Of a stretch of DNA of 28,002 nucleotides, positions 1 through 7,877 are shown in pieces (positions within the stretch are counted from its first letter, which is position 1; each line of letters starts with the position of its first letter). The position numbers and the translations under genes are program-made. The notes beneath the pieces were generated by a model. That model saw only the letters and a list, made by a program, of their open reading frames with translations, was not told the origin of the DNA and ran no database searches. Source of the DNA: a virus (lineage: Duplodnaviria; Caudoviricetes); the IMG/VR virus record IMGVR_UViG_3300043372_000062, positions 1 through 28,002 of that record. One strand, 5' to 3'.

Positions 1-674
1 GAATATCTAGGTTTTTGTAAATAATCTGGTTGAAAAAACAAAACATCGCCATATTCGTTATGCGACAAAACAATATTTTTTTGACCTGCCAATTTTGCTA
101 AATAATCTTTTATAGTTTGTGTAGGTTCAGCAGAAGTCCTACCAAAAATTGATTTTGCTTTTGCTTTTAAACTTTGATAACTACTTTGTGCAGAAAAAAA
201 AATTTTTTTTTCTTTTTCTTTTATTTTTGCTTTATTATTTTTTTCAGCAGTTGTAGTTGTATCAATGCTCCTGGCTTGATCTGAAATTAAAACTTTTATT
301 CCAAAAATTTTACAATATTTTTTAGCAATATCCTCCAACGAACTATTGGTACTTTCCAATGGATAATATTTCGGTGGAATAGTTACGTCCTCCAGGATGC
401 CACATTTTGAATAGCCAGAAATAATAACTAAATTTCTGCCTTTATCACTTTTAAATCTGTGGTTTAAAATCGTTCCTGTAAATACTAATCTGTCCGCAGT
501 ATTATAAACTTTTAATTCTTTGTATTGTAAAGGCTTAAATATCTCTTGGTGGTCTTTGTTTTGAGCTTCAAATCTACTGGCAAACTCAAATGTACTAGCA
601 ATGGAATCCAATTTTAGATTTATGCTTCCTGCTGTAAAATAGCTAATATTTTTTCCATCAATACTAATTCTCAT
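1..674 (-). CDS. Baseplate hub protein, Mu gp44/gpP-like (3' end truncated by window edge; not in ORF track)
   Basis: Manual translation from ATG at 674 is open to the edge: MRISIDGKNISYFTAGSINLKLDSIASTFEF...LVFTGTI...ISGYSKCGILED...SLEDIAKKYCKIFGIKV...SAEPTQTIKDYLAKLAGQKNIVLSHNEYGDVLF, the typical gpP/gpD hub pattern; follows a gp43-like gene. Confidence 0.85.
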   Translation of the reverse strand, partial: MRISIDGKNISYFTAGSINLKLDSIASTFEFASRFEAQNKDHQEIFKPLQYKELKVYNTADRLVFTGTILNHRFKSDKGRNLVIISGYSKCGILEDVTIPPKYYPLESTNSSLEDIAKKYCKIFGIKVLISDQARSIDTTTTAEKNNKAKIKEKEKKIFFSAQSSYQSLKAKAKSIFGRTSAEPTQTIKDYLAKLAGQKNIVLSHNEYGDVLFFQPDYLQKPRY

Positions 675-686
675 ATCTTTTTTTTA

Positions 687-694
687 CAAATGTA
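687..694 (-). promoter_or_regulatory. Bacteroidota-type -7 promoter box TACATTTG just upstream of hub gene
   Basis: + strand caaatgta = TAnnTTTG on minus strand, 12 nt before the ATG at 674, in an intergenic region. Confidence 0.65.
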
Positions 695-744
695 CCAAAA
701 AAAAAAAAAAAATTTTTTTTCTTTTAATTATATATAACTAATAT

Positions 745-1162
745 ACTTAACTTATAGTCTGCAAAAGGAGGAGTTTGTTCAGGAGAGAGTATAGTTTCCC
801 TTAAGAGAGTAAAATAAAAAAAAATTTTTATTTTACAATCCAAAGGAAAACTAATGATTAATCTGCTATAAGTTATCGTTAGCCTATCGTTCATACTCTA
901 TAATTTACACACTAATTACTCGAATTAGCTTCCTACGGCTTATAGATTCGTTTACCGCCTATCCCAATGTTCCTGCTTTCTTGGATAGCTTTTAAAATAG
1001 AGTGCTAGGTGAATTTATCGACGATTGGCTCTATTCGATTTTGTTTTTATACAGGAACAAAAAAACCCTTTAAGGGGTGCAGTCCTAAAGGGTTTGTATC
1101 ATCTTTTATCAAGAAATCAAAAGGGATAAACCACTTATCAAATGGTTTGCACCCCGTTTGAT
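745..1162 (-). ncRNA. Candidate structured non-coding RNA (attenuator-like leader plus multi-stem body)
   Basis: 535-bp gap between baseplate genes, own TACATTTG box at 1174-1167, multiple 7-15 bp stems, with G.U pairs that work only on the minus strand. Confidence 0.55.
1058..1095 (-). terminator. Intrinsic terminator/attenuator hairpin
   Basis: AAACCCTTTA (1095-1086) pairs with TAAAGGGTTT (1072-1063), running into a T tract. Confidence 0.75.
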
Positions 1163-1166
1163 TTGG

Positions 1167-1174
1167 CAAATGTA
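1167..1174 (-). promoter_or_regulatory. -7 promoter box TACATTTG driving the non-coding region
   Basis: + strand caaatgta, 35 nt after the stop of the gp43-like gene. Confidence 0.7.
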
Positions 1175-1209
1175 TTTTATTTTTTCAGAAAAAAAAATTT
1201 TTTTTTATT

Positions 1210-2424
1210 TTATTTTGCATATTTAATTTCTCTACCTTTCTCAATAGAGAATAATTCATTCAAAGTAATGTTATTTGTTTTAATAAAAATATCAATGTTT
1301 AAATCATCTACATCAAGTCCTAAATATCTGTGTGCTAATAAAATAACATTAGTTTTCTTATCTACATAAACAATTCTTTCTCTTTTAGTTTCAAAGGATA
1401 AATTATATAAATTATCTAAAGTATATTGTACTAAAGAACTTAAATTTGTTTGTGCTTCTGGATTTGGAGAATAAGCATTTGTTACATCATAAATTGATAC
1501 TTGTAAACCATCTAAAGTTTCCAAGTAATCATTATAAATATCTTTTAAAATATCTCTCATTCTAAAAACATCAGAAATCAAAAAATAATCTCCAACAATA
1601 GGTAATACCATTGCATATCCCAATGAAGCAATTAAACTACCAGATAACATCTCAAAATTCTTTTTGTCTGATAATGTTTGAATAGTAGTTTTTAATCTGT
1701 AATATACATTTACATAAGAACTAACACGACCTAAAAGTGCTTGTTCGTACATTGCAGGTAAATCCAAAAAGTTTTGTATGGTTTGAAATGCTGCCAAAGG
1801 ATCAGCAGTTGTTTTGTCAATTGCTTTTAAACATTTATTAAAAGCATTTTGAAAATCTGAATAGGTATTGGAATCTTGTAAACCTTCCATTCCAGCTTTT
1901 ATATTGTAAACTCTATCAGTATTTTTGCCAATATCTGCTGTATCATTAAATGGTAAATCAATTGTTCCAAATGATTCTAATACTTTTCTATGCTTTTCTC
2001 TAGTATTATCTTTTGGAGAATAATTTACAAATGGATAATCAAGCTCAATAGTTTCGTAAAACGGTACAGTAATTTCTGTTACATTTAATGAAGTATCATC
2101 TCTCTTTATACTCATTGGCTGTCCTGTAATCAATCCATAATAAGGATGTGTTACTTTCCATGGTCTAGGATCATCACAAGAAATTTCAAAATTTTCTGAT
2201 AAATCAATACAGTTAGCACCAACAAAATAAAATACTAATGTAAACCTTCTTCCTTGTGGTTTTTTTCTATCTACTAAAGTTCCGTAAACATTTATAAACT
2301 CAAAAACAGAAGTATTAAATTCTTTTTCTAATTCAGTATTTTGTTTAAATAATGGATTATATAATTGTCCATCTCCTGTTGTAATACTAAAGGTTGTATT
2401 GTTAATCTTTTCTTCCCAACTCAT
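1210..2424 (-). CDS. Mu gp43/gpN-like 'DNA circularization' / tail tube initiator baseplate protein
   Basis: N-terminal FEF..V.GTLVD....GRRFTL.FYFVG...HPYYG pattern, helical middle, LysM-like C-terminus (LAHRYLG...IKTNNI...IEKGREI); precedes hub gene. Confidence 0.75.
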   Translation of the reverse strand: MSWEEKINNTTFSITTGDGQLYNPLFKQNTELEKEFNTSVFEFINVYGTLVDRKKPQGRRFTLVFYFVGANCIDLSENFEISCDDPRPWKVTHPYYGLITGQPMSIKRDDTSLNVTEITVPFYETIELDYPFVNYSPKDNTREKHRKVLESFGTIDLPFNDTADIGKNTDRVYNIKAGMEGLQDSNTYSDFQNAFNKCLKAIDKTTADPLAAFQTIQNFLDLPAMYEQALLGRVSSYVNVYYRLKTTIQTLSDKKNFEMLSGSLIASLGYAMVLPIVGDYFLISDVFRMRDILKDIYNDYLETLDGLQVSIYDVTNAYSPNPEAQTNLSSLVQYTLDNLYNLSFETKRERIVYVDKKTNVILLAHRYLGLDVDDLNIDIFIKTNNITLNELFSIEKGREIKYAK

Positions 2425-2428
2425 GTTT

Positions 2429-3184
2429 TTATATTTTAGATTTTAATACTTTGTTGAAGTGATAATTGGCATTTTTAGCATAAAATAATTCCATTTGTTT
2501 TGATGTTTTTATTGCTGCTTCCTGATTGAAATGTGTTGCTTTTGCTTTAGCAACATTTAACTTTCTGCTTCGCATTAAAAAATCTAATTTGAAATCATTT
2601 TTTTTAGTTCCCATGTTATATCTAACATCTGTTACCTGAACTAAAAATGTACCTTTTTTTGTTTTAATAAATGTTGGTTTCTTTTCTTCAAAACTAGAAA
2701 TCATATTCATTGTATTAGAAACGCTTTTTTTACTTCTAACTCTACCTTTTACTAAATTTGTTTTGTTAAACCTACCTTTTCGTTTTACCAATCTATCTCT
2801 GCTATTAGCTGTACGAGATTTTTCCATATACATTGAACCTTCATTGTCGCTTCCACCAACTTCATTATGCTCCATACCAACAATAGCCTTTTTACCTTTT
2901 ATTGGGTTAGGATCAGTATTCTTAAATCCTACTTCTGCATACATGGAATTAATATCTTTTCCAACTGCTCTTTTTACTCCTGTAAACTTTCTGAAAAAAC
3001 TAGGATTTCTTACAGTCATATTTAATTTTGCAGAATCTAAAATTTCCTTTTTCTTCATTTGAAATGCACCATCATTTAATGTACTTCTAACAGTAGCAGG
3101 AAAGGCATATTTATTAAGCCTTTCCAACTTTGCTGTTAAATGTATTATCGCATCAGTATTTACATTTAAAACTTGATTTCGCAT
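2429..3184 (-). CDS. Basic virion morphogenesis / neck or tail-completion protein (lambda gpZ / HK97 gp10-like)
   Basis: Lys/Arg-rich 251 aa; N-terminal LERL...PATVRSTLND.AF helix and C-terminal F.QEAA helix resemble this class; within structural operon. Confidence 0.5.
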   Translation of the reverse strand: MRNQVLNVNTDAIIHLTAKLERLNKYAFPATVRSTLNDGAFQMKKKEILDSAKLNMTVRNPSFFRKFTGVKRAVGKDINSMYAEVGFKNTDPNPIKGKKAIVGMEHNEVGGSDNEGSMYMEKSRTANSRDRLVKRKGRFNKTNLVKGRVRSKKSVSNTMNMISSFEEKKPTFIKTKKGTFLVQVTDVRYNMGTKKNDFKLDFLMRSRKLNVAKAKATHFNQEAAIKTSKQMELFYAKNANYHFNKVLKSKI

Positions 3185-3193
3185 AGCTATTTT

Positions 3194-4366
3194 TTATAAA
3201 TCCCACTTCTTCGCTACTTCGCCATTAAGAAAATAAGTATTTCCATTAAAACTTATTAGCCTACCTAAAGCATTTGGAAATATACCTATCGCTGTAAGAC
3301 TTTCATCAATTAAATTATAACTTCTCAAATTACCTTCAATTAATGCGTATAAATCATTTTCTTTTATCACAACATTTGTACTTTTTACAAAAGTATTATT
3401 TACAGGATTATCCGAAATATAAGCAAGTTCCCCTGATTCTGCATCATATTGAAATTTTTGTAATTTAAAATCTTCTGCACTTGAATTTAAATTATTTGAA
3501 ATATAAATATTATTTTGATTTGCATAAATATAAGGTTTGTAATCTGCTGATGATGCAAAATCAACCGCCCCAATATTAACAATGCTTGGTGTACTTAAAT
3601 TATTTAAATCAAATTGCATAAAAAAATATTTTATCAATGCAGGAATATAACATAAACATAATACATGACCTTGATTTATTATAACATCACAAATAATAGT
3701 TTCAGTAAGTGAAAAAAGAAGTATTATTGTACAATTTCTAATTGTAGTTTGTAAATCATTAATACTAGGTGTATCACTATATAATTTTCCATCTTCAAAA
3801 TAATACATTTTATCAGAATCATTGTAGCTCAAAGGTTGTCCTAAAACTGAAAATACTTCTTCTTTCGCACCACTTAACAATGATAAAGAATATGCTCTTA
3901 CTCCATCTGCATCTATAATAACTAATAATTCATCACTTGCTTTAAAACCACTACTTGTAAATGAAATAGGATTTTCGTCTGTACCCTCAAATGAATAAGT
4001 TGTTCCAACAACATAATTTTCACTCGCTCTTGCAAAGAAAAAATATTTATTTGGTAAAATTTCTAAATCTAAATTAACACTCCAAGTTGTTGCAGTTAAA
4101 CTCAAAACTTGCTCAATATCATTCAAGCTGTTAGGTAGTTGTTGGAGAGCTTGTAGAATTTGATATTGTGAAGTATCGCTGTCTTGGGTTTCAGTTGGCG
4201 TAATTCCAACACTTTGCAACAACTTGTAAATGTTAGTCAATAAATCTCCGTAAATTTCTTCTACAACAGGTGTTCCGTTTAAAGTATCAGTTTCGTTTTG
4301 AATTGTACTAAATGGAAATTTAGCATCTGAATTTTGTGGTACATCTAAATTTTTTATCGTTCTCAT
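3194..4366 (-). CDS. Tail fibre / receptor-binding protein 2
   Basis: N-terminus FP..TI.NET...NGTPV.E...GDL....KLL...GITP....D.....QIL.AL is a Mu gp49-type baseplate-anchoring domain; beta-rich C-terminus. Confidence 0.7.
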   Translation of the reverse strand: MRTIKNLDVPQNSDAKFPFSTIQNETDTLNGTPVVEEIYGDLLTNIYKLLQSVGITPTETQDSDTSQYQILQALQQLPNSLNDIEQVLSLTATTWSVNLDLEILPNKYFFFARASENYVVGTTYSFEGTDENPISFTSSGFKASDELLVIIDADGVRAYSLSLLSGAKEEVFSVLGQPLSYNDSDKMYYFEDGKLYSDTPSINDLQTTIRNCTIILLFSLTETIICDVIINQGHVLCLCYIPALIKYFFMQFDLNNLSTPSIVNIGAVDFASSADYKPYIYANQNNIYISNNLNSSAEDFKLQKFQYDAESGELAYISDNPVNNTFVKSTNVVIKENDLYALIEGNLRSYNLIDESLTAIGIFPNALGRLISFNGNTYFLNGEVAKKWDL

Positions 4367-4378
4367 GTTTTTTTTTAT

Positions 4379-5416
4379 TTATGATTCTAATACTTCTATC
4401 CAACATTTTACATTTTGTACTCTAGGACTTACCTCTGCTAAACAATATTTTAATACAGTAGTTGATACTGGTTTAAAAACAGGTGTTGTAATATTATTAT
4501 CAGTACCCATATTTGTACTTTGACTTTGTAAAAATATTCTTGAATAATAATTAGTATCTGACATTGCATTTTGTAAAACAATAACTACTTCAAAAGCACT
4601 ACCATCATATTGAGTTGTAGCACTAACAATATCTCCACCAACTGCTAATGTAAGTCCACCACCTGTTTGTGGATCAACTACAAAAAAACCTATGTTTTTT
4701 GGAGAAACAAATCCATCAATTAATGCTTTATCTCCCATTGATAAAAGTCCGTTTCTACCTGTTGTTGCCAAAAAATCTCCAGAATCTACTCCAATAATTC
4801 TTTTTGTAAAAGCAACTAAATTTGTCAAAGGTGTTGTAGCAACAGTATCTATTGCTCCTGCATCTTCCTGTGTTTGGTTCGCTTTTTTTAAATAAAAAAA
4901 ATCAGAAATCATCGCATCTAAACTTGTAGCATCAGCTAATCTTACAACAGATACACCACCACTTGTTTTGATAACCCTAACGTACTCATTTGCTAAAAAG
5001 CTACCTGAATAGGTAATTGCAAAAGTTGTCGCTCCTATGCCCTTAATTTGAGTTTCTGTTGTTTTAGTTACAGAAGCTAAACAAACGATATATTCTCCAT
5101 TTTGCATATTTGCCAATTTAATATCAACTGACAAAACACCTCCAACACTTGACAAAGGATAAATGTAATCGTTCTTTGATGCTAATGATTTTAAAGCATC
5201 TACAATCTGAAATCCGTTTGTTTCGTTATCAGGTAAACCATTTGGTATAATTCCATACAATCGCATTAATTTTGCTATTGCTTGGTGCATATCGCCTTTA
5301 ACTCTTTCATTTACTCCTGTACCATTTCCTGTACCTGTATTGTCTTTTATTCTACCATCTGGATAATTGACTAAATCTGAATTATCTACGTTTGGGTTGC
5401 TGTTTAATGCTCTCAT
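4379..5416 (-). CDS. Tail fibre protein 1
   Basis: Same anchor domain (YPDGRIKDN..TGNGT.V.E...GD....KL...GIIP....DN....QIV.AL); immediately after gp48-like gene; fibre-shaft motif NGLLS..DK. Confidence 0.75.
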   Translation of the reverse strand: MRALNSNPNVDNSDLVNYPDGRIKDNTGTGNGTGVNERVKGDMHQAIAKLMRLYGIIPNGLPDNETNGFQIVDALKSLASKNDYIYPLSSVGGVLSVDIKLANMQNGEYIVCLASVTKTTETQIKGIGATTFAITYSGSFLANEYVRVIKTSGGVSVVRLADATSLDAMISDFFYLKKANQTQEDAGAIDTVATTPLTNLVAFTKRIIGVDSGDFLATTGRNGLLSMGDKALIDGFVSPKNIGFFVVDPQTGGGLTLAVGGDIVSATTQYDGSAFEVVIVLQNAMSDTNYYSRIFLQSQSTNMGTDNNITTPVFKPVSTTVLKYCLAEVSPRVQNVKCWIEVLES

Positions 5417-5427
5417 TTTTTATAATT

Positions 5428-6222
5428 TTAAACAAAGTTAATAAAAGTAAACGCTATAAGGTGCGCTGGTTTTAATTTTAATACTAATTCTCTAAATTCT
5501 CTTTCTCTAATTGCTGGTATTTCTGCCATTTCTCCTAGCGTTTCTCCGCCTATAAAAAATGTTGCCCATAAATTACTACCAACAGAATAACTTTCGTTTG
5601 GTTCAATTAAATTTGCAATTAAATCACTCGCTGTACTTCCATGTTGCGCTCCAATTCCATGTTGAAATCCGTTTCCATGTTGAACATTAGTTGGAGAATC
5701 GCCATTGATTTGTTCTGGTGTTTTGTAAACTTTTACTCCACCCTCCATAAATCCATTCTCAAAAACATAAACATCAAATCCTGCTAATCTTAATTGATAT
5801 TCGATATATGCTCTGCCTTGTCTTGCTTTTATATTTCTACCTCTAGCCATTCTTCTAAAAATAGCTTCTCTCCTTTGAATTAAAGTCAAATTTACATCAG
5901 CAACTATTCCAAAACGATATTCCCAAAGCTCACAATCCTGTAAATTAAAATTATTATTATCAGGAATACTTGAATCTAAAGTTAATCTCGAATCATCTAA
6001 AATACGAATAAAACTTGTGTTAATAGTCAAATGTAATTTGTCCATAACACTACCTCGCAACATATTAAATGCTCTACCTGTCGGATATAATTGACTAGCC
6101 AAATCTGACATAAAAACAGAAAAGCTAAATTTACTTTTTGTCGGAAATTTATGTGGCGTAGCAAATCCATGTGGTGTACCAAAACCATGTGCTGTACTTT
6201 TTTCTGTTACATTATATCCCAT
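5428..6222 (-). CDS. Baseplate wedge subunit, Mu gp48/YmfQ (DUF2313)-like
   Basis: LYPTGRAF...WEYRFGI.....L.L.QRR.AI...LKLKPAH motifs; follows baseplate J. Confidence 0.85.
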   Translation of the reverse strand: MGYNVTEKSTAHGFGTPHGFATPHKFPTKSKFSFSVFMSDLASQLYPTGRAFNMLRGSVMDKLHLTINTSFIRILDDSRLTLDSSIPDNNNFNLQDCELWEYRFGIVADVNLTLIQRREAIFRRMARGRNIKARQGRAYIEYQLRLAGFDVYVFENGFMEGGVKVYKTPEQINGDSPTNVQHGNGFQHGIGAQHGSTASDLIANLIEPNESYSVGSNLWATFFIGGETLGEMAEIPAIREREFRELVLKLKPAHLIAFTFINFV

Positions 6223-7398
6223 TTATGTAAATATTAAGTTTCTTAAATAAGGTACAAATCCTAAATCAAATTCATAAAAAACAGCAGCACCTCCATCAAC
6301 TGTCATAGTAAGTGTATTGAAGTAATTTCCGTTTGTTAAACTATCTGTAACAACTGCTTGTAATTTTCCTGAATACAAAATATCATTTTTATTTCTTCTT
6401 AAATCAGCACCATCAATAAATGGTCTTACTTGGTATAAAAAGTTTTCAATATTACTTTGAATAGTATCTTCAATTGCACTTGTATCATTAAATAATCCAT
6501 CAATTGTTACATCAACAGGTATTCTAGTAATTGAACTAACTTGAACATCCGCTTGTAATGGTTTTCTGCTTCTTTCGTAAGGTTGTTTTGTAATATCAGG
6601 ATCTTCATTTATAACATCAAAAACATCATCTAAAATAGTTTCAGAAGGAATACCTGTACCATCTTCACTATCTGCTTTTGTAGCTTCTACATAAATATCT
6701 ACTACACTAGCATCAGCATCTCTTACATAAGGATAAACTAATCTAACTCCTTGCGCATCTGTCGCCCATTGTCTGTAATCGCCTTTGCTACCTCCTTGTG
6801 GTTCTAATTGAATTGCTGTAAGAATTGCTTGTCTGTATAATTCAGTTTCTTCTGCTGCTTTTGGTTGGTCTATTACTTCGGTTACTGTTATTGTTTTATC
6901 AACTCCAATTACAGGTTCGGTTATAGTCAATCTGTCATTTACATTTAGGTTAAATGTAGTTCCTGAACCTGTTGAACGAATTTCAATTACATCGCTTGTT
7001 CCTGTCAAAGTATATTCAGAATCTAATACATAAACTTGACCTGGACTTAAAGAATCATCATTTGATTTAAAAGTTAAATTCGCTCTTAAAATTGAACCTG
7101 CAATTCCAATTACAGAAACTTCAAATACTCCAATTGTAGCAGGAAAAGGATTCCTATTTAAATACATTCTGCCTAATCTTTCTAAAGTTCCACCTTGTAA
7201 TTCAGTTGAAGCTGTATCAGGAAAAATATTATTTTGAATATCTCGCAAATACAAATAAACCAAATGAAATTGACCTGATAAAACAAGTGCCAAAGCATTA
7301 AATGTTTTCTTTAATTTATCCGAAAAAAGATTAAATCTATTTTTTAAATCTCCAGAAATATTTTCATTTATTTCTTTAATAGTTGGTATGTTTTTCAT
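6223..7398 (-). CDS. Baseplate J-like protein (Mu gp47)
   Basis: IFPDTA...LERLG...R.PAT...G..FN...E..E.YR..IL...PQGGS..DY..WA....GV motifs. Confidence 0.92.
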   Translation of the reverse strand: MKNIPTIKEINENISGDLKNRFNLFSDKLKKTFNALALVLSGQFHLVYLYLRDIQNNIFPDTASTELQGGTLERLGRMYLNRNPFPATIGVFEVSVIGIAGSILRANLTFKSNDDSLSPGQVYVLDSEYTLTGTSDVIEIRSTGSGTTFNLNVNDRLTITEPVIGVDKTITVTEVIDQPKAAEETELYRQAILTAIQLEPQGGSKGDYRQWATDAQGVRLVYPYVRDADASVVDIYVEATKADSEDGTGIPSETILDDVFDVINEDPDITKQPYERSRKPLQADVQVSSITRIPVDVTIDGLFNDTSAIEDTIQSNIENFLYQVRPFIDGADLRRNKNDILYSGKLQAVVTDSLTNGNYFNTLTMTVDGGAAVFYEFDLGFVPYLRNLIFT

Positions 7399-7874
7399 AT
7401 TACTTTATCTATTGTTAATTCATTTTTGGCATTCTCATAAACCAAAACAAGTTGCCTATCTTGTTGGTTTGTTTTTTCTGTAAAACTAATACTTATTTCA
7501 AGTCTATTTACACTACTAATTGAAACTTCTACACTAAATGTAATAACATCGCTCAAATAGGCTAAATCTACATTACACGCTTGTATAATTGCCAATCTAC
7601 CTGAACTGTTTAAAGCTACATTTTGAATTGTTCTTTCTGTTGTTGAATTAAACTGAACTGAACTTGCATCATTCCAAATTAAAGCATTTCCCCAATAGTC
7701 AAATCTCTCCTCTTTTTCAGCATAACTTTGTTTTGTATCGCCTTCAAAATTGCCTGAAAAAAGTGCTAAATAAATTTGTTGGTATAAAGATTCGCCCATT
7801 AATAAATCATCGTTTACAATAGCAAAATCTCCACTTGCACCACTTTCAAATAAAAGTATATCTGTCGTATTCAT
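7395..7874 (-). CDS. Baseplate wedge / sheath initiator, Mu gp46-like
   Basis: GDF.....DL....SL...IYLALF...YWGN.L pattern; overlaps the gp47 start. Confidence 0.85.
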   Translation of the reverse strand: MNTTDILLFESGASGDFAIVNDDLLMGESLYQQIYLALFSGNFEGDTKQSYAEKEERFDYWGNALIWNDASSVQFNSTTERTIQNVALNSSGRLAIIQACNVDLAYLSDVITFSVEVSISSVNRLEISISFTEKTNQQDRQLVLVYENAKNELTIDKVI

Positions 7875-7877
7875 AGT

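Noticed and set aside
724-894. 56-aa minus-strand ORF MNDRLTITYSRL...LVIYN inside the non-coding gap
   Set aside because: No A-rich initiation region, runs through long hairpins and a homopolymer, no motif; kept only as an alternative to the ncRNA model
1074-1155. tRNA (cloverleaf-like fold closed by GGGGTGCA/TGCACCCC)
   Set aside because: No TTC(G/A)A T-loop, no canonical arm lengths, no CCA end
3194-5416. Diversity-generating retroelement or invertible fibre cassette
   Set aside because: No reverse transcriptase, no TR/VR-like repeat pair, no invertase or inverted fibre copy seen in the window
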